A stretch of 64,000 nucleotides of DNA, taken from the NCBI RefSeq assembly GCF_006345805.1, contig NC_043021.1:13082001-13146000 (forward strand). The letters are read 5' to 3'. Below the pieces are notes generated by a model. The model was not told the origin of the DNA. It saw only the letters and a program-made list of their open reading frames with translations, and did no database searches. Origin of the DNA: Octopus sinensis. Taxonomy: Eukaryota. The position numbers and the translations under genes were made by a program. The first letter of the stretch is position 1, and every line of letters starts with the position of its first letter. Below, one piece after another: positions 63,915-64,000 of the stretch.

Positions 63915-64000
63915 CCCTTTAGCATTTAAACCGGCCATATCCGGCCAAAAGTATTCTGCTTGTTTTATGTTCAAACTGGCCGTATCTGGTTTCTTACACC
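63915..64000 (+). mobile_element. piggyBac-like MITE family B, truncated by the window end
   Basis: TTAA-CCCTTTAGCATTTAAACCGGCCATATCCGGCCAAAAGTATTCTGC matches 18187 onward. Confidence 0.88.

Overview
AT-rich, repeat-dense eukaryotic genomic DNA. The SINE, MITE and RTE repertoire looks like an octopod cephalopod (Octopus-type repeats, recognised from memory and not database-checked). The only protein-coding sequence I can firmly support is the first coding exon of Cdc42 on the minus strand (5199->5095, [35 protein letters not shown]). It is too short for the ORF track, and the remaining Cdc42 coding exons must lie left of the window. Everything from 5223 to about 59.9 kb is probably the Cdc42 5'-UTR intron or introns. 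It leads up to a CpG-rich promoter-like zone (about 54.8-62 kb) with candidate non-coding first-exon donors at 59948 and 60524. The rest is tRNA-derived SINEs, TTAA-flanked piggyBac-like MITEs, hAT and mariner MITEs, 3' remnants of RTE and CR1-like LINEs, a Penelope-like fragment with a minimal hammerhead-like core, local tandem duplications and microsatellites. I could not match any ORF in the supplied track to a real gene; most are read-throughs of repeats. I found no convincing new multi-gene system. The best second-look items are a long-TIR foldback element in the putative promoter, the hammerhead-like motif, a BovB-like RTE zinc-finger remnant and inverted repeats around the Cdc42 start exon. 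Repeat boundaries are approximate unless a TSD or TIR is quoted.
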